Counted from the stretch's first letter, positions 26,666 through 35,899 are shown. The stretch is DNA of 64,000 nt from Candidatus Wolfebacteria bacterium RIFOXYB1_FULL_54_12 (GCA_001793895.1 MGIT01000001.1:106508-170507); one strand, 5' to 3'. The notes: generated from the sequence alone by a model not told the origin. Translations and numbers: made by a program.

Positions 26666-27760
26666 TCAACGCATAACCCCACCTCCGATGACAACTCCAT
26701 CGGCATCGTAAAATACGGCAGATTGTCCCACGGCAACAAACCGTTGCGGTTCATCGAATTGCAACCGATAGGCCTCACCATCGGCGACCAATGTCGCCGC
26801 AAACAACGGCTGGCGATAGCGGATGCGCACCATGACCGGAATGGACTTCGGGGGGGCTATGGCGCACATGCCCATGAAATTAAGTTCAACAAGGCCAATA
26901 TCCGCACATGCCTGCTCAAGCAAATGATCATCATGCGAAACCGTGATGACATTGCTTGCGACATCTTTTTTGACCACAAAATACGCCGGTCCGCCCCCGA
27001 CATGCAATCCGTGCCGTTGCCCGATGGTATAAAACCACACACCCTCGTGCTCGCCCACCTTCACTCCGTCGACGGTAACAATGTCGCCCTTCCGTTTCGG
27101 CAGATACTGTTCCAAAAATTCACGCAACGATATCTTCCCCAAAAAACAAATACCTTGGGAATCTTTTTTCTGCGCCGTCGGAAGTCCCGCGGCCGCCGCA
27201 ATCTCCCTGATCTTCGGCTTTTCATAGGCACCGATCGGAAACAAACAATGCCGCAGTTGCTCCTGCGTAAGCGTCCACAAAAAATAACTCTGATCTTTAT
27301 TCCCATCAATCCCTTTCTGTAATGAGTAAGTAGTTTCCTGTTTTTTGTTATCGGTTATAGGTTGTAGGTTATAGGTTGCGCTTCGCGCATAATGCCCCGT
27401 CGCCACATAATCAGCCCCCAACGCAAGCGCCTTTTGCAAAAACACGCCAAACTTGATTTCCTTGTTGCACATCACATCCGGGTTCGGGGTAATGCCGTTG
27501 CGATACCCGTTGACCAAATATTCCACCACGAATTGTTTGTATTCTTCTTCAAGATCGATGACATAAAACGGGATGCCCAAATGTTCGGCAACGCGCCGCG
27601 CATCTTCCGCTTCGCGGTCTTGGCATCCGTCCATGTTATATCCTTTAATGAACGCGCCGATCACATCATAAGTCCCCTGCTCGCGCAACAAAAAAGCGGC
27701 GACACTCGAATCGACGCCGCCCGACATCATGACAAATACTTTTGGCTTTAAACCATTCAT
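26666..27760 (-). CDS. mnmA: tRNA 2-thiouridine(34) synthase MnmA with a repeat-derived in-frame insertion
   Basis: Motifs seen: the PP-loop MMSGGVDSSVAA, ATGHYAR and NKDQSYFLW. The segment ATYNLQPITDNKKQETTY is encoded by the GGTTAT repeat. Confidence 0.92.
   Translation of the reverse strand: MNGLKPKVFVMMSGGVDSSVAAFLLREQGTYDVIGAFIKGYNMDGCQDREAEDARRVAEHLGIPFYVIDLEEEYKQFVVEYLVNGYRNGITPNPDVMCNKEIKFGVFLQKALALGADYVATGHYARSATYNLQPITDNKKQETTYSLQKGIDGNKDQSYFLWTLTQEQLRHCLFPIGAYEKPKIREIAAAAGLPTAQKKDSQGICFLGKISLREFLEQYLPKRKGDIVTVDGVKVGEHEGVWFYTIGQRHGLHVGGGPAYFVVKKDVASNVITVSHDDHLLEQACADIGLVELNFMGMCAIAPPKSIPVMVRIRYRQPLFAATLVADGEAYRLQFDEPQRFVAVGQSAVFYDADGVVIGGGVMR
27347..27378. repeat. GGTTAT-type repeat inside the mnmA CDS
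   Basis: gttatcggttataggttgtaggttataggttg. Confidence 0.8.
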
Positions 27761-27817
27761 ACTATCGGAAGCCTACCAAAAAAGACATAAAAGTAAACCC
27801 CCGCCGGTAAGGTGGGT

Positions 27818-28432
27818 TTATATGATGATGCTTGTCAGGCTTAATGCGGCAATAATGTATCCGGTCGATACAAGCGCGATTGCATACCCGATAAAAAACG
27901 GCAGGCCGAGCGCCGTATATGCTTCGCGCAAAAAAATGTCACGAATGAGGCTGATGACGACCACAGACAAAAACACGGCCGGCACGAACACCACAAAATG
28001 CGGCCACCCGACAACAAGTGCCAGCAACGCCCCAAGTTCCACTTCGCCTTCTTCAAAATAACGCGGATTATGCGCTCGCAACGCGCGCAGTACCGCAAAA
28101 AACAGCAAGGCCGCACCGATGGACACGATCGCGTTGAGCCAAAAATGGGTCCAACTGTAGTGCAACAGAACGGCAACGCTTTGATGTGGCGGCAGAAAAA
28201 ATCGCGTAAGTTCGGTTCGCATCCATGCATAATATTGCAATGCCGTTCGCACCCCCGCGAACAATAATCGAAAGACCGCGACGCCGAATGCAAATCGCAA
28301 GAATATGCGCCGTCTATCCGCCATTGGCCTGTAATACATAACGCATACCGCAATGGCAACCGCAAAAAGAGCGCCGGTGCGCACCCAATCGATCGAAGAA
28401 GAGAATAGAAACTGTAAAAATGATTCGCGCAT
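27818..28432 (-). CDS. Polytopic membrane protein, function unknown
   Basis: There are six or so hydrophobic helices. EGEVELGALLALVVGW vaguely recalls A24 prepilin peptidases, but the catalytic Asp motifs are not seen. Confidence 0.55.
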   Translation of the reverse strand: MRESFLQFLFSSSIDWVRTGALFAVAIAVCVMYYRPMADRRRIFLRFAFGVAVFRLLFAGVRTALQYYAWMRTELTRFFLPPHQSVAVLLHYSWTHFWLNAIVSIGAALLFFAVLRALRAHNPRYFEEGEVELGALLALVVGWPHFVVFVPAVFLSVVVISLIRDIFLREAYTALGLPFFIGYAIALVSTGYIIAALSLTSIII

Positions 28433-28439
28433 GCGATCG

Positions 28440-29009
28440 TTACGCTTTTTCCACGCGCTCGGCGTACTCGCCAGTCTGCGTATTTACACGAATGATGTCG
28501 TTTTCGTTGATGAACATGGGTACATTCACCTTTGCGCCTGATTCAAGGACCACGACCTTAGTGCCGCCTTGTGCGGTATTGCCCTTGATGGCCGGAGGAG
28601 CTTCCGCAACCCGGTATTCCATTTTGACCGGCAACCGCACGGCGAATATCTTTTCGTTAAAAATAAGGGCGACCACTTCCATATCCGCCTTTAGAAAATC
28701 TTTTTGATCGCCGACAGTTTCTTCGGTCAAGCTGAACCGCTTGCCCGGATTTGCCGATTCGCAAAACCAAAACTCGCCTTTACTTGCATACAGATATTTC
28801 GATTTCAATTCTTCCACTTCGGCTTCTTCAAATTCGTCGGCCGGCTTAAAGTTGCGCGACAGCACCTGGCCGGTGCGCAGATTCTTCAATTTCGTCTGCA
28901 CGGAAGAACCTCCCCGTCCGACGTGCTGATGCGATATCTCGATCACGGTGAACGGATCTCCGTCCATAATGATAGAACTTCCTTTTTCCAAGTCGTTGAT
29001 GTCAAGCAT
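28440..29009 (-). CDS. efp: Elongation factor P
   Basis: The sequence contains DLEKGSSIIMDGDPFTVIEISHQHVGRGGSSVQTKLKNLRTG. Confidence 0.93.
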   Translation of the reverse strand: MLDINDLEKGSSIIMDGDPFTVIEISHQHVGRGGSSVQTKLKNLRTGQVLSRNFKPADEFEEAEVEELKSKYLYASKGEFWFCESANPGKRFSLTEETVGDQKDFLKADMEVVALIFNEKIFAVRLPVKMEYRVAEAPPAIKGNTAQGGTKVVVLESGAKVNVPMFINENDIIRVNTQTGEYAERVEKA

Positions 29010-29026
29010 GTATTGTTTATAATCTC

Positions 29027-29088
29027 TGTCATTCCCGCGGAGGCGGGAATCTATTTAATACTGGATTCCCGCCTCCGCGGGAATGACA
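29027..29088. repeat. Archetypal 62-bp composite GTCAT-hairpin element
   Basis: The sequence is tgtcattcccgcggaggcgggaatctatttaatactggattcccgcctccgcgggaatgaca. It consists of two inverted units around a tatttaatactgg core. Confidence 0.95.
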
Positions 29089-29106
29089 ACCTTTCTGATT
29101 CACTTA

Positions 29107-30858
29107 TTACAAATCCCCCTTCTCGCTCTTGTGTGGTTGCTTTGGTCGTTCTTCGGGGGTAGCTTCTTTTCTTTTTTGTAATGATTCTTCGATTGCCTTT
29201 TTCAGGTCATCAATATTGACCGCCTTTTTCTCGAACACATGTTTTGGCCTATCCTGCGGCATACTGCGAAGTCTATCGTCCATCGCTGGGCGATGCGGCA
29301 CAGGGCTGGCGCCACGATCTCCGCTAAATGGCCGCACGCTCGTCGGCCTATCGGTCAACGGCCCGTCCTGGGATGCCCGCGCAAACGACGGTCTGTCCTG
29401 CCTGCCCGCCGTAGTGTTAGCGGAGGAGGAATCCGCCGGCTGGCGGACGAAGGGTTTACGCTCGAAAGAAGGCTTCGGCGCTTGCGCACGAGGGGTTAGA
29501 GTCGAGCTCAACGACCGCTCGTCACGGCGCATAACCTTATCTGCCATGGATGTCTTACCCGACCCCATATATTCCTTGGCGATCATTTCATCCACCAACG
29601 CCTTAGGCATGGAATAATTTCTGCGGGAGTTTTCAATAATGACATCCTCGTAATTCGGCTGCGGGATTGGATACGGCGGCAAGGTCTCTGCCGAAAATGG
29701 TCTCGATGCCTGGCCGTCAACCAACAATTTAAGGTAAATATGCCGGTTTGACAAGCCGATCATATCTTGCGGCGTAAACTCGGGTTCGAATTCCTTTTCA
29801 AAAAATACGGCGTCGATGGCGCCAACGCGAAACATAGCCAAGGTGCCAATGTTGCCGACGATTGCCTCTGCAAGCCCTTCTTCTTTTTTAAGCTGATCGA
29901 CATACTGGTGGGCCAGCGTCAAGCCAAGTCCGTATTTGCGCGCCTCGGCGAAGATCTTCGTAAATGAACCGGTAGAAAAGTTTTGAAACTCGTCGATGTA
30001 CAAAAAGAACGGCCTGCGTTCGCTCTCGGGAATATCGATGCGGCTCATGGCGGCAAGCTGGATTTTGGTAATGATCATGGCGCCGAGCAATGCGGAATTG
30101 TCTTCGCCGAGACGGCCCTGCGAAAGATTGCAGATCAATATCTTGCCTTCATCCATTGCCTTGCGCATGTCGATGGTCGACTTCGGCTGGCCGATGATGT
30201 TACGGATGACCGGATTGGAACTGAACTGCCCTACCTTGTTCTGCAACGGTGCAATGGCCTCGGTCATGAACTTGTCGGTATATTTTGCAAATTCGTTTTC
30301 CCAGAACGACTTAATGACCGGGTCCTTTAAATTGGAAACGACCTTCAGGCGGTACTCTTTCTCCGCAAGCATGCGCATAATACTCAGTAAGGTCGTTCCC
30401 GGATATTCCAAAAGCGCCAACAGGGTATTGTTCAAAATATATTCCATGCGCGCAGACCATGCGTCCACCCAGATTTTTTGAAACACACCCATCACCGCCG
30501 ACGCGACAAGGTGCGCATGTTCGTCACCGACGCGTTCAAGCGGATTAAATCCGACCGGATTTTCGATATCGGCCGGATTGACATAAATGACATCCTTGAT
30601 GCGGTCTTCTGGCACATGCTTAAGCAACTCTTCGACGAATTCGCCATGCGGGTCGAGCACGGCAACACCAAATCCGTTCTTGATGTCGTTGATCATCAAG
30701 TTTTTCATCATGGTGGTCTTACCCGTGCCGCTCTTCCCGACGATGTACATATGCCGCAGGCGGTCGTTCATTTTGATGCCAAAATTAACGCTTTGATTGC
30801 GAAAATTCGTCTTTGCAAAAATTGAAATTTCTTTGTTGCTCATAGGGCTATTTGTCAT
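29107..30858 (-). CDS. VirD4/TraD/TrwB-like (type IV coupling protein-like) P-loop ATPase with a disordered C-terminal tail and no N-terminal TM segment
   Basis: Walker A is in VGKSGTGKTT and Walker B in FFLYIDEFQNF. LTLAHQYVDQL and GNIGTLAMFRVG are also present. The last about 150 aa are P/R/S-rich low complexity. Confidence 0.75.
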   Translation of the reverse strand: MTNSPMSNKEISIFAKTNFRNQSVNFGIKMNDRLRHMYIVGKSGTGKTTMMKNLMINDIKNGFGVAVLDPHGEFVEELLKHVPEDRIKDVIYVNPADIENPVGFNPLERVGDEHAHLVASAVMGVFQKIWVDAWSARMEYILNNTLLALLEYPGTTLLSIMRMLAEKEYRLKVVSNLKDPVIKSFWENEFAKYTDKFMTEAIAPLQNKVGQFSSNPVIRNIIGQPKSTIDMRKAMDEGKILICNLSQGRLGEDNSALLGAMIITKIQLAAMSRIDIPESERRPFFLYIDEFQNFSTGSFTKIFAEARKYGLGLTLAHQYVDQLKKEEGLAEAIVGNIGTLAMFRVGAIDAVFFEKEFEPEFTPQDMIGLSNRHIYLKLLVDGQASRPFSAETLPPYPIPQPNYEDVIIENSRRNYSMPKALVDEMIAKEYMGSGKTSMADKVMRRDERSLSSTLTPRAQAPKPSFERKPFVRQPADSSSANTTAGRQDRPSFARASQDGPLTDRPTSVRPFSGDRGASPVPHRPAMDDRLRSMPQDRPKHVFEKKAVNIDDLKKAIEESLQKRKEATPEERPKQPHKSEKGDL

Positions 30859-30990
30859 TCCGAATTTATTTCGGAATCTCGTGGTAAAATGCCAAGATCC
30901 TGTATCCGTCAGCCGACGAACGGAAGGATCTGTTTTGCATTGTCATACCGGCGGGTGAGGGCCTGTCCTCGACCTGATCGGGGACCTGTC
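30853..30990. repeat. GTCAT-hairpin units, partly degenerate
   Basis: tgtcattccgaatttatttcggaatc; gatcctgtatccgtcagccgacgaacggaaggatc; tgtcataccggcgggtgagggcc... Confidence 0.8.
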
Positions 30991-31028
30991 AATTTCGTGC
31001 GATACGCACACCATAATAATGCATTCTA

Positions 31029-31120
31029 ATTCCGTTATCCGTTATCGGTCATCCGTTTTCGTTTTCGGTTATAGGTTATTAGTTGTAGGTTTTAGGTTAT
31101 TGGTTATCAGTCATTGGTTA
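31029..31120. repeat. CCGTTAT/GGTTAT repeat tract downstream of the 447-aa gene (includes its stop codon)
   Basis: attccgttatccgttatcggtcatccgttttcgttttcggttataggttattagttgtaggttttaggttattggttatcagtcattggtta. Confidence 0.85.
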
Positions 31121-32461
31121 TTCTATCGGCAAATTCTCCGGAGGCTCGCCTTTCTTTGCCTCGATACGGCGCATACTCGGCGCGGTAACCAACGATGACG
31201 GAACATGGTAAAGCGTAGCCAACTCTTCTATGGAAAAGACGGGAGCCTTCTTTATCATGATCCGCTGGCGGTATGCAAAGAACATTGCCCTCTTTTTCAA
31301 AAATTCCTGATGCTTTTTCCACGCCGGAAACAGCCATGCCTTGAAACCTTTCGGCGGGTTTACCGACGTATCCCTGTTTGGCTTGAACGAATTGATATGC
31401 TGGGAACCGAATTGCTTGAATGAGCCGATGATCCCCCCTATATAGGACTTATGAAACGTTTCCTGCCGATCGATAAACACTGCACGCACGCTCACTTCAT
31501 AGCACAGTTTGGATATTTTTCCTTCAATGCCTTCAAGTACTTCCTTTTCAGAAAAGCTCAAAGACGCAATCGTCTTGGGTGGAGCGTCGGATTTTTTCGG
31601 CGGCTCGGGCCATTCCGGAGTGCTTATGAATACAAGAAAAAAATTCTTGATCCACATGACAAGATGATCAAATATGCTCAATTTAGGAGCGACCTTCACC
31701 TCACGGCCTAACATTTTATCGACGATCGCCTGTCCCTTCTTTTTGTAGTCGCTCGTTTTTTCGCCGGTCGGCTTGGATATATATTGCACGAAGATCATTT
31801 CATTCTCGCGGAGCTTCGACATGGTTTCCAAAATGACCGTAAGCGGATCAAGTCGTTGCTCTTCCTCTTTCTCTTCAAAATAGGCGTATGTCTTAATCGG
31901 ATATGCGCTGTCTTTGTCGAGAACCATATCGACGCCCCATACATCATAAACATCGTTGGGCAACATCATCGGCAAGAAGCTGAGATAGTCTTCGACAAGG
32001 GCTATTTCCGCGGCGGGATATTGCGCAAACAATGCGGACTCCACCAAATTGCGGTGCTCGGCAGGTACGCGCACATAAAAATATACACCGCCGCTTCGCC
32101 CGACCATTTCAAACGAAAGGGCGTTTTGAACCTTCCCTTTGATATTTTCATCCCACCATTTGATCTCGCCGGCATAGGTGCCATGTACCGTGGCAAACAC
32201 CTGTTCCATGGATTTCGGACTGCGCAAATTTTCCTTGGGGATGCGCAATTCAAGCACGACCCACTTTTGCGCCTTCTTTGCCGCTTTTTTGTTCGAGTCG
32301 ATGTACAGGTCCCAAAGATAGAACGCCAAAACAACCGGAACGACGGCCCACCATACGTACGAAAAGACCTCGCCAATGCTTTGCGCAATGCCAAGGATGA
32401 TATTCTGCACGACCGGTGTGATCGAAAAATAGTCCAGTAGAAAGTCTGAAATGTTTGCCAT
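31118..32461 (-). CDS. Membrane protein (N-terminal TM hairpin plus large soluble domain), partner of the T4CP-like ATPase
   Basis: The TM region is VVQNIILGIAQSIGEVFSYVWWAVVPVVLAFYLWDLYI, followed by VLELRIPKENLRSPKSMEQVFATVHG. No family was recognised. Confidence 0.7.
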   Translation of the reverse strand: MANISDFLLDYFSITPVVQNIILGIAQSIGEVFSYVWWAVVPVVLAFYLWDLYIDSNKKAAKKAQKWVVLELRIPKENLRSPKSMEQVFATVHGTYAGEIKWWDENIKGKVQNALSFEMVGRSGGVYFYVRVPAEHRNLVESALFAQYPAAEIALVEDYLSFLPMMLPNDVYDVWGVDMVLDKDSAYPIKTYAYFEEKEEEQRLDPLTVILETMSKLRENEMIFVQYISKPTGEKTSDYKKKGQAIVDKMLGREVKVAPKLSIFDHLVMWIKNFFLVFISTPEWPEPPKKSDAPPKTIASLSFSEKEVLEGIEGKISKLCYEVSVRAVFIDRQETFHKSYIGGIIGSFKQFGSQHINSFKPNRDTSVNPPKGFKAWLFPAWKKHQEFLKKRAMFFAYRQRIMIKKAPVFSIEELATLYHVPSSLVTAPSMRRIEAKKGEPPENLPIE

Positions 32462-32523
32462 GTATCTCTTTTAGTATATCGCAAAATGGTCCAACAAAAA
32501 AGAGACACTCGTCTCTTTTTTGC

Positions 32524-32575
32524 ATTCCGTTATCCGTTATCCGTTTTCGGTTATTGGTTATTGGTTATCCGTTAT
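32524..32575. repeat. CCGTTAT/GGTTAT repeat tract upstream of the 447-aa gene
   Basis: The sequence attccgttatccgttatccgttttcggttattggttattggttatccgttat is in the same orientation as 31029-31120 and shares its first 18 nt. Confidence 0.85.
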
Positions 32576-33619
32576 TTACGCAACATGATATGTTCCGTTG
32601 TCCAATCGTTTGAAATATTTTTTGTTCTGCAAGTTAAGCAGAATGGTGTTTTCCTTCAAGAATCGCTGAGAGGAAACCAACTGCACGACCTCATGCTGGG
32701 CAAGCGGGCCATTGTCAACAAGCACCTGCTTGATGACGTCCTTTGCCGTACCCGGGAAAAATCCATGCTCGGTCAAACCATACATACCGCGACCTACAAG
32801 GACAAATCGTCCATCCTTGATCAATTCATTATGGATCGTCTGTGCATACACCGGCTTTTTATCGAACCCGACCGAATTGATCGTAGTGGCGATATCGCGG
32901 AAGTGCATCGGCTTGCCATGCTTGCGCAAGATAAGATATGCCTTTGCGCGCGCGGTCTTCGGCGTGATCTCTTCCCAATGGGAAAGACCAAAGTCGGAAT
33001 ACGGATTCACGGAAAACTGTTTCGAGATGCCGAGGTAGTTCATGCCGACGGCGCGGTCGACGTTCGAAGCGGTCGCAACCTGCTTGAAGTGCGGATCGAA
33101 TTGACCCTTGAAGACTATTTCTTCTTTCTTGCCGCCAAAGAACTTGACCGCCTTTTCAATGAAAGTCTCTGCCTTTTTGACGACAGCCTTGTCCGAAGCC
33201 CAAAACCCATAGGAATGATCGCTTTCAGCATGGTACATCGGCTCGCCGGCAATGCGGAAAAGGAAGCGGAACTGATACTTGTTCACGGTCGCATCTTTCA
33301 ACACCGTGCGCATGTCTTCGACAAAATCATCTTCCTTGCGAACGCCGCCCAAGGCAACGAGTTGCTCCTTGGCGATTTGCACCAGGCGATCGCCGCCTGC
33401 ATCGCTAAAACGTTCCCGCGCCAAACGAAGCCCTTCTGCCTCTATCTGGCGCACGCGCTCACGGGTAATGCCGTTGCGTTCGCCGAGTTCCTGCAGGGTC
33501 TTTTCCTGTCCATCGCGAAGTCCAAAACGTTCCTCGACTATTTCTCGCTGTCGAGCGGACAATGCGTGCGTTACCTGTTCGATGATATTGCCTGTGTTCT
33601 TCATAAGAGTTGAATCCAA
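32576..33619 (-). CDS. Sigma-70 region-4 domain fused to a C-terminal HARE-HTH-like domain
   Basis: N-terminus: LSARQREIVEERFGLRDGQEKTLQELGERNGITRERVRQIEAEGLRLAR. C-terminus: AYLILRKHGKPMHFRDIATTIN...IHNELIKDGRFVLVGRGMYGL. Confidence 0.75.
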   Translation of the reverse strand: MDSTLMKNTGNIIEQVTHALSARQREIVEERFGLRDGQEKTLQELGERNGITRERVRQIEAEGLRLARERFSDAGGDRLVQIAKEQLVALGGVRKEDDFVEDMRTVLKDATVNKYQFRFLFRIAGEPMYHAESDHSYGFWASDKAVVKKAETFIEKAVKFFGGKKEEIVFKGQFDPHFKQVATASNVDRAVGMNYLGISKQFSVNPYSDFGLSHWEEITPKTARAKAYLILRKHGKPMHFRDIATTINSVGFDKKPVYAQTIHNELIKDGRFVLVGRGMYGLTEHGFFPGTAKDVIKQVLVDNGPLAQHEVVQLVSSQRFLKENTILLNLQNKKYFKRLDNGTYHVA

Positions 33620-33634
33620 TCTACCGATTAGTGA

Positions 33635-34534
33635 TTAAACTTTACTTAATTTACGGGATAATGTCAAGAGGGGGCTCGCCACGAAGATCGAGGAGTAAGT
33701 TCCCATGGCAATGCCGATCAATAGGGTCAAAACAAAGTACTGCAAGGTAGCGGGCCCGTAAAAATACATAGCCACCAAAACAATCAAAACGGTCAATGAC
33801 GTGTTAATGGAACGGGCGATCGTTTGGTTGACGCTCTTATTTACGACGTCGGAAAACGAAGTATTCCCGCTGTGGTTAAGCACGTTTTCACGGATCCGAT
33901 CAAACACCACAATGGTGTCGTGAACGGAAAAGCCCATGACCACAAGCAACGCGACGATGAAATTCGTGTCGATCTCGACGCCAAACTTCCAACCCAAAAA
34001 GGCAAAGAAGCCTGCGGGTACGATCACGTCATGCAACAAGGTGATCAGCGTGATGATGCCGTACTTCCATGATTTCACCGGATAGGAAACCTTACGGAAC
34101 GCATAGGTCACGTACAGTGAGATGCCCAAAACGACATACAGCATTGCCCACAATGCCTTGTTGCGCAATTCCTGCCCCACGGTCGCACCGATGGACTGAA
34201 ACTGTCCTTCTTCGATGATTCCAAAGCGGGTGCGCATATCCTGCAAGTGCTGTTGATGTACGACCTCGGAAATGGCCGGCATGCGGATCAAATAGCTTCC
34301 ATCTTCGACGGGAAACATGGTGAAATTTTTATCTTCGAGCGTGGTGCCCAAAAAATCTTTCAGTGCGGTTTCGTTCATGACGACCTCGCCGGAAACCTGC
34401 CTTACCTGCCACATCGTTCCCCCGCGGAAATCAATGCCGGTCTTCAGACCGAATATGGCGAGCGCGGCGATGCTCACGATAATCAAGATCGTCGAGAAGC
34501 CGAGAAACCATGCTTTGTGTTTTATGATATTCAT
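33635..34534 (-). CDS. secF: Protein translocase subunit SecF
   Basis: It contains GIDFRGGT, six TM helices and FDRIREN. Confidence 0.9.
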   Translation of the reverse strand: MNIIKHKAWFLGFSTILIIVSIAALAIFGLKTGIDFRGGTMWQVRQVSGEVVMNETALKDFLGTTLEDKNFTMFPVEDGSYLIRMPAISEVVHQQHLQDMRTRFGIIEEGQFQSIGATVGQELRNKALWAMLYVVLGISLYVTYAFRKVSYPVKSWKYGIITLITLLHDVIVPAGFFAFLGWKFGVEIDTNFIVALLVVMGFSVHDTIVVFDRIRENVLNHSGNTSFSDVVNKSVNQTIARSINTSLTVLIVLVAMYFYGPATLQYFVLTLLIGIAMGTYSSIFVASPLLTLSRKLSKV

Positions 34535-34555
34535 AGACCGATTAAATGATGACGA

Positions 34556-35800
34556 TTAGTGCTTCTTTGTTTTTAGCGAAAACACATGCATGAGCAACCG
34601 GGTCACGGTAATGGCCGAGAACATGCTGACCAATACGCCGATGCCGAGTGTCAACGCAAATCCTTTCACAAAGCTGGATGTGGTAAAGAACAGAATCAAG
34701 CAGGTAATGCCCGTTGAAACGTTCGAATCGCGAATGGAAGACCACGCACGACGAAACCCTTCTTCAACCGCGGCCGATTTGGAAAGCCCGCGCTTCAGCT
34801 CTTCTTTGGTGCGCTCGAAAATAAGGATGTTCGCGTCCACGGCCATGCCGATGGAAAGTATGTAGCCCGCAATACCCGCAAGGGTCATGGTAATGCCCAA
34901 TTTGAAGATCGCGGCGGACAGTGCGATGTAAATGACCAATGCAACGGACGAATAGAGACCAAACCCGCGATAGTACGCGAGCATAAACAATATGATGGCG
35001 ATGGTGCCAAGATACCCGGCCTTGATCGCGTTCTTCAGCGATTCCTGGCCAAGGCTTGCGCCGACGGTCTGCTGGCTGATGAGCGACATCGGAGCGGACA
35101 ATGCGCCCGCGTTAAAACGCTCCACCATTTTGCGCGCTTCATCGGAAGTGAATTTGCCCGTGATCTGTGCGGTTCCGCCGGAGATCTTTTCCCGTACGGT
35201 CGGCACTTCGATAGGCTCTCCATCCAAAAAGATCGCAATCGGTTTGCCGATGTTGCGGGCGGTCAATTCTTCAAACAACGCGGCGCCTTCGTCATTGAAT
35301 TCAAGGCTTACGCTCGGCGTGCCAAGCGTTTGATCGAACGTCATCTGCGCATTTTTCAAATAACGGCCGGTGAGGCTGGTCGGCAAAAATGCGGTCGATG
35401 TGCCGACCTCATACACCTCACGAAAATCAAGCATCGGAGTTTCGCCGATCTGCTTGATGGCCTCCTCTACGGGAATGCCCGCGAGCTCCACGATCAATCG
35501 ATGCGACTCGCCTTCTTTCGCGGTAACGACCTGCGGCTCGCTGACGCCGAACATATTCACGCGACGTTCGATGACATCCTTGAGTCCGTTCATGACGGAA
35601 TCGCGATCTTTTACTTCGACGCTGGACATGTCGACCTCGTATACCAAATGGGAACCACCTACCAGATCAAGCCCCAGCCTCCATGGAGCGATCCTTGAAC
35701 CAAAATCAAACGGTTTTTTCGATATTGGGAGAACAAACACTGCGGCCAACACGGCCACAACGGCAATACCGGTTAAGATAAGTTTTGCGTATGTTTTCAC
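34556..35800 (-). CDS. secD: Protein translocase subunit SecD
   Basis: It contains LGLDLVGGSHLVYEVD, ISQQTVGASLG and a C-terminal 6-TM bundle with VDANILIFERTKEE. Confidence 0.9.
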   Translation of the reverse strand: MKTYAKLILTGIAVVAVLAAVFVLPISKKPFDFGSRIAPWRLGLDLVGGSHLVYEVDMSSVEVKDRDSVMNGLKDVIERRVNMFGVSEPQVVTAKEGESHRLIVELAGIPVEEAIKQIGETPMLDFREVYEVGTSTAFLPTSLTGRYLKNAQMTFDQTLGTPSVSLEFNDEGAALFEELTARNIGKPIAIFLDGEPIEVPTVREKISGGTAQITGKFTSDEARKMVERFNAGALSAPMSLISQQTVGASLGQESLKNAIKAGYLGTIAIILFMLAYYRGFGLYSSVALVIYIALSAAIFKLGITMTLAGIAGYILSIGMAVDANILIFERTKEELKRGLSKSAAVEEGFRRAWSSIRDSNVSTGITCLILFFTTSSFVKGFALTLGIGVLVSMFSAITVTRLLMHVFSLKTKKH

Positions 35801-35849
35801 GATGAAAAGAATATATCACAAAAAATAAAAGGGTGCAAGAAACGGCGCA

Positions 35850-35874
35850 AAAAAAGAGGGGCCGAAGCCCCTCC
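35850..35874 (-). terminator. Terminator after the GC-rich orphan gene
   Basis: The structure is gaggggc-cgaa-gcccctc with a T-run on the minus strand. Confidence 0.7.
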
Positions 35875-35899
35875 ATATGGTTTTACCGGTAGACCGGTG

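Noticed and set aside
27818-28432. Calling the polytopic membrane protein a prepilin peptidase (A24)
   Set aside because: Only a vague resemblance exists (EGEVELGALLALVVGW). The two catalytic Asp motifs are not present.
29027-29088. Equating the hairpin repeat with Neisseria dRS3 or Rickettsia RPE elements
   Set aside because: Only a pattern-level resemblance exists (ATTCCC-N8-GGGAAT; in-frame insertion behaviour). Homology cannot be established without a search.
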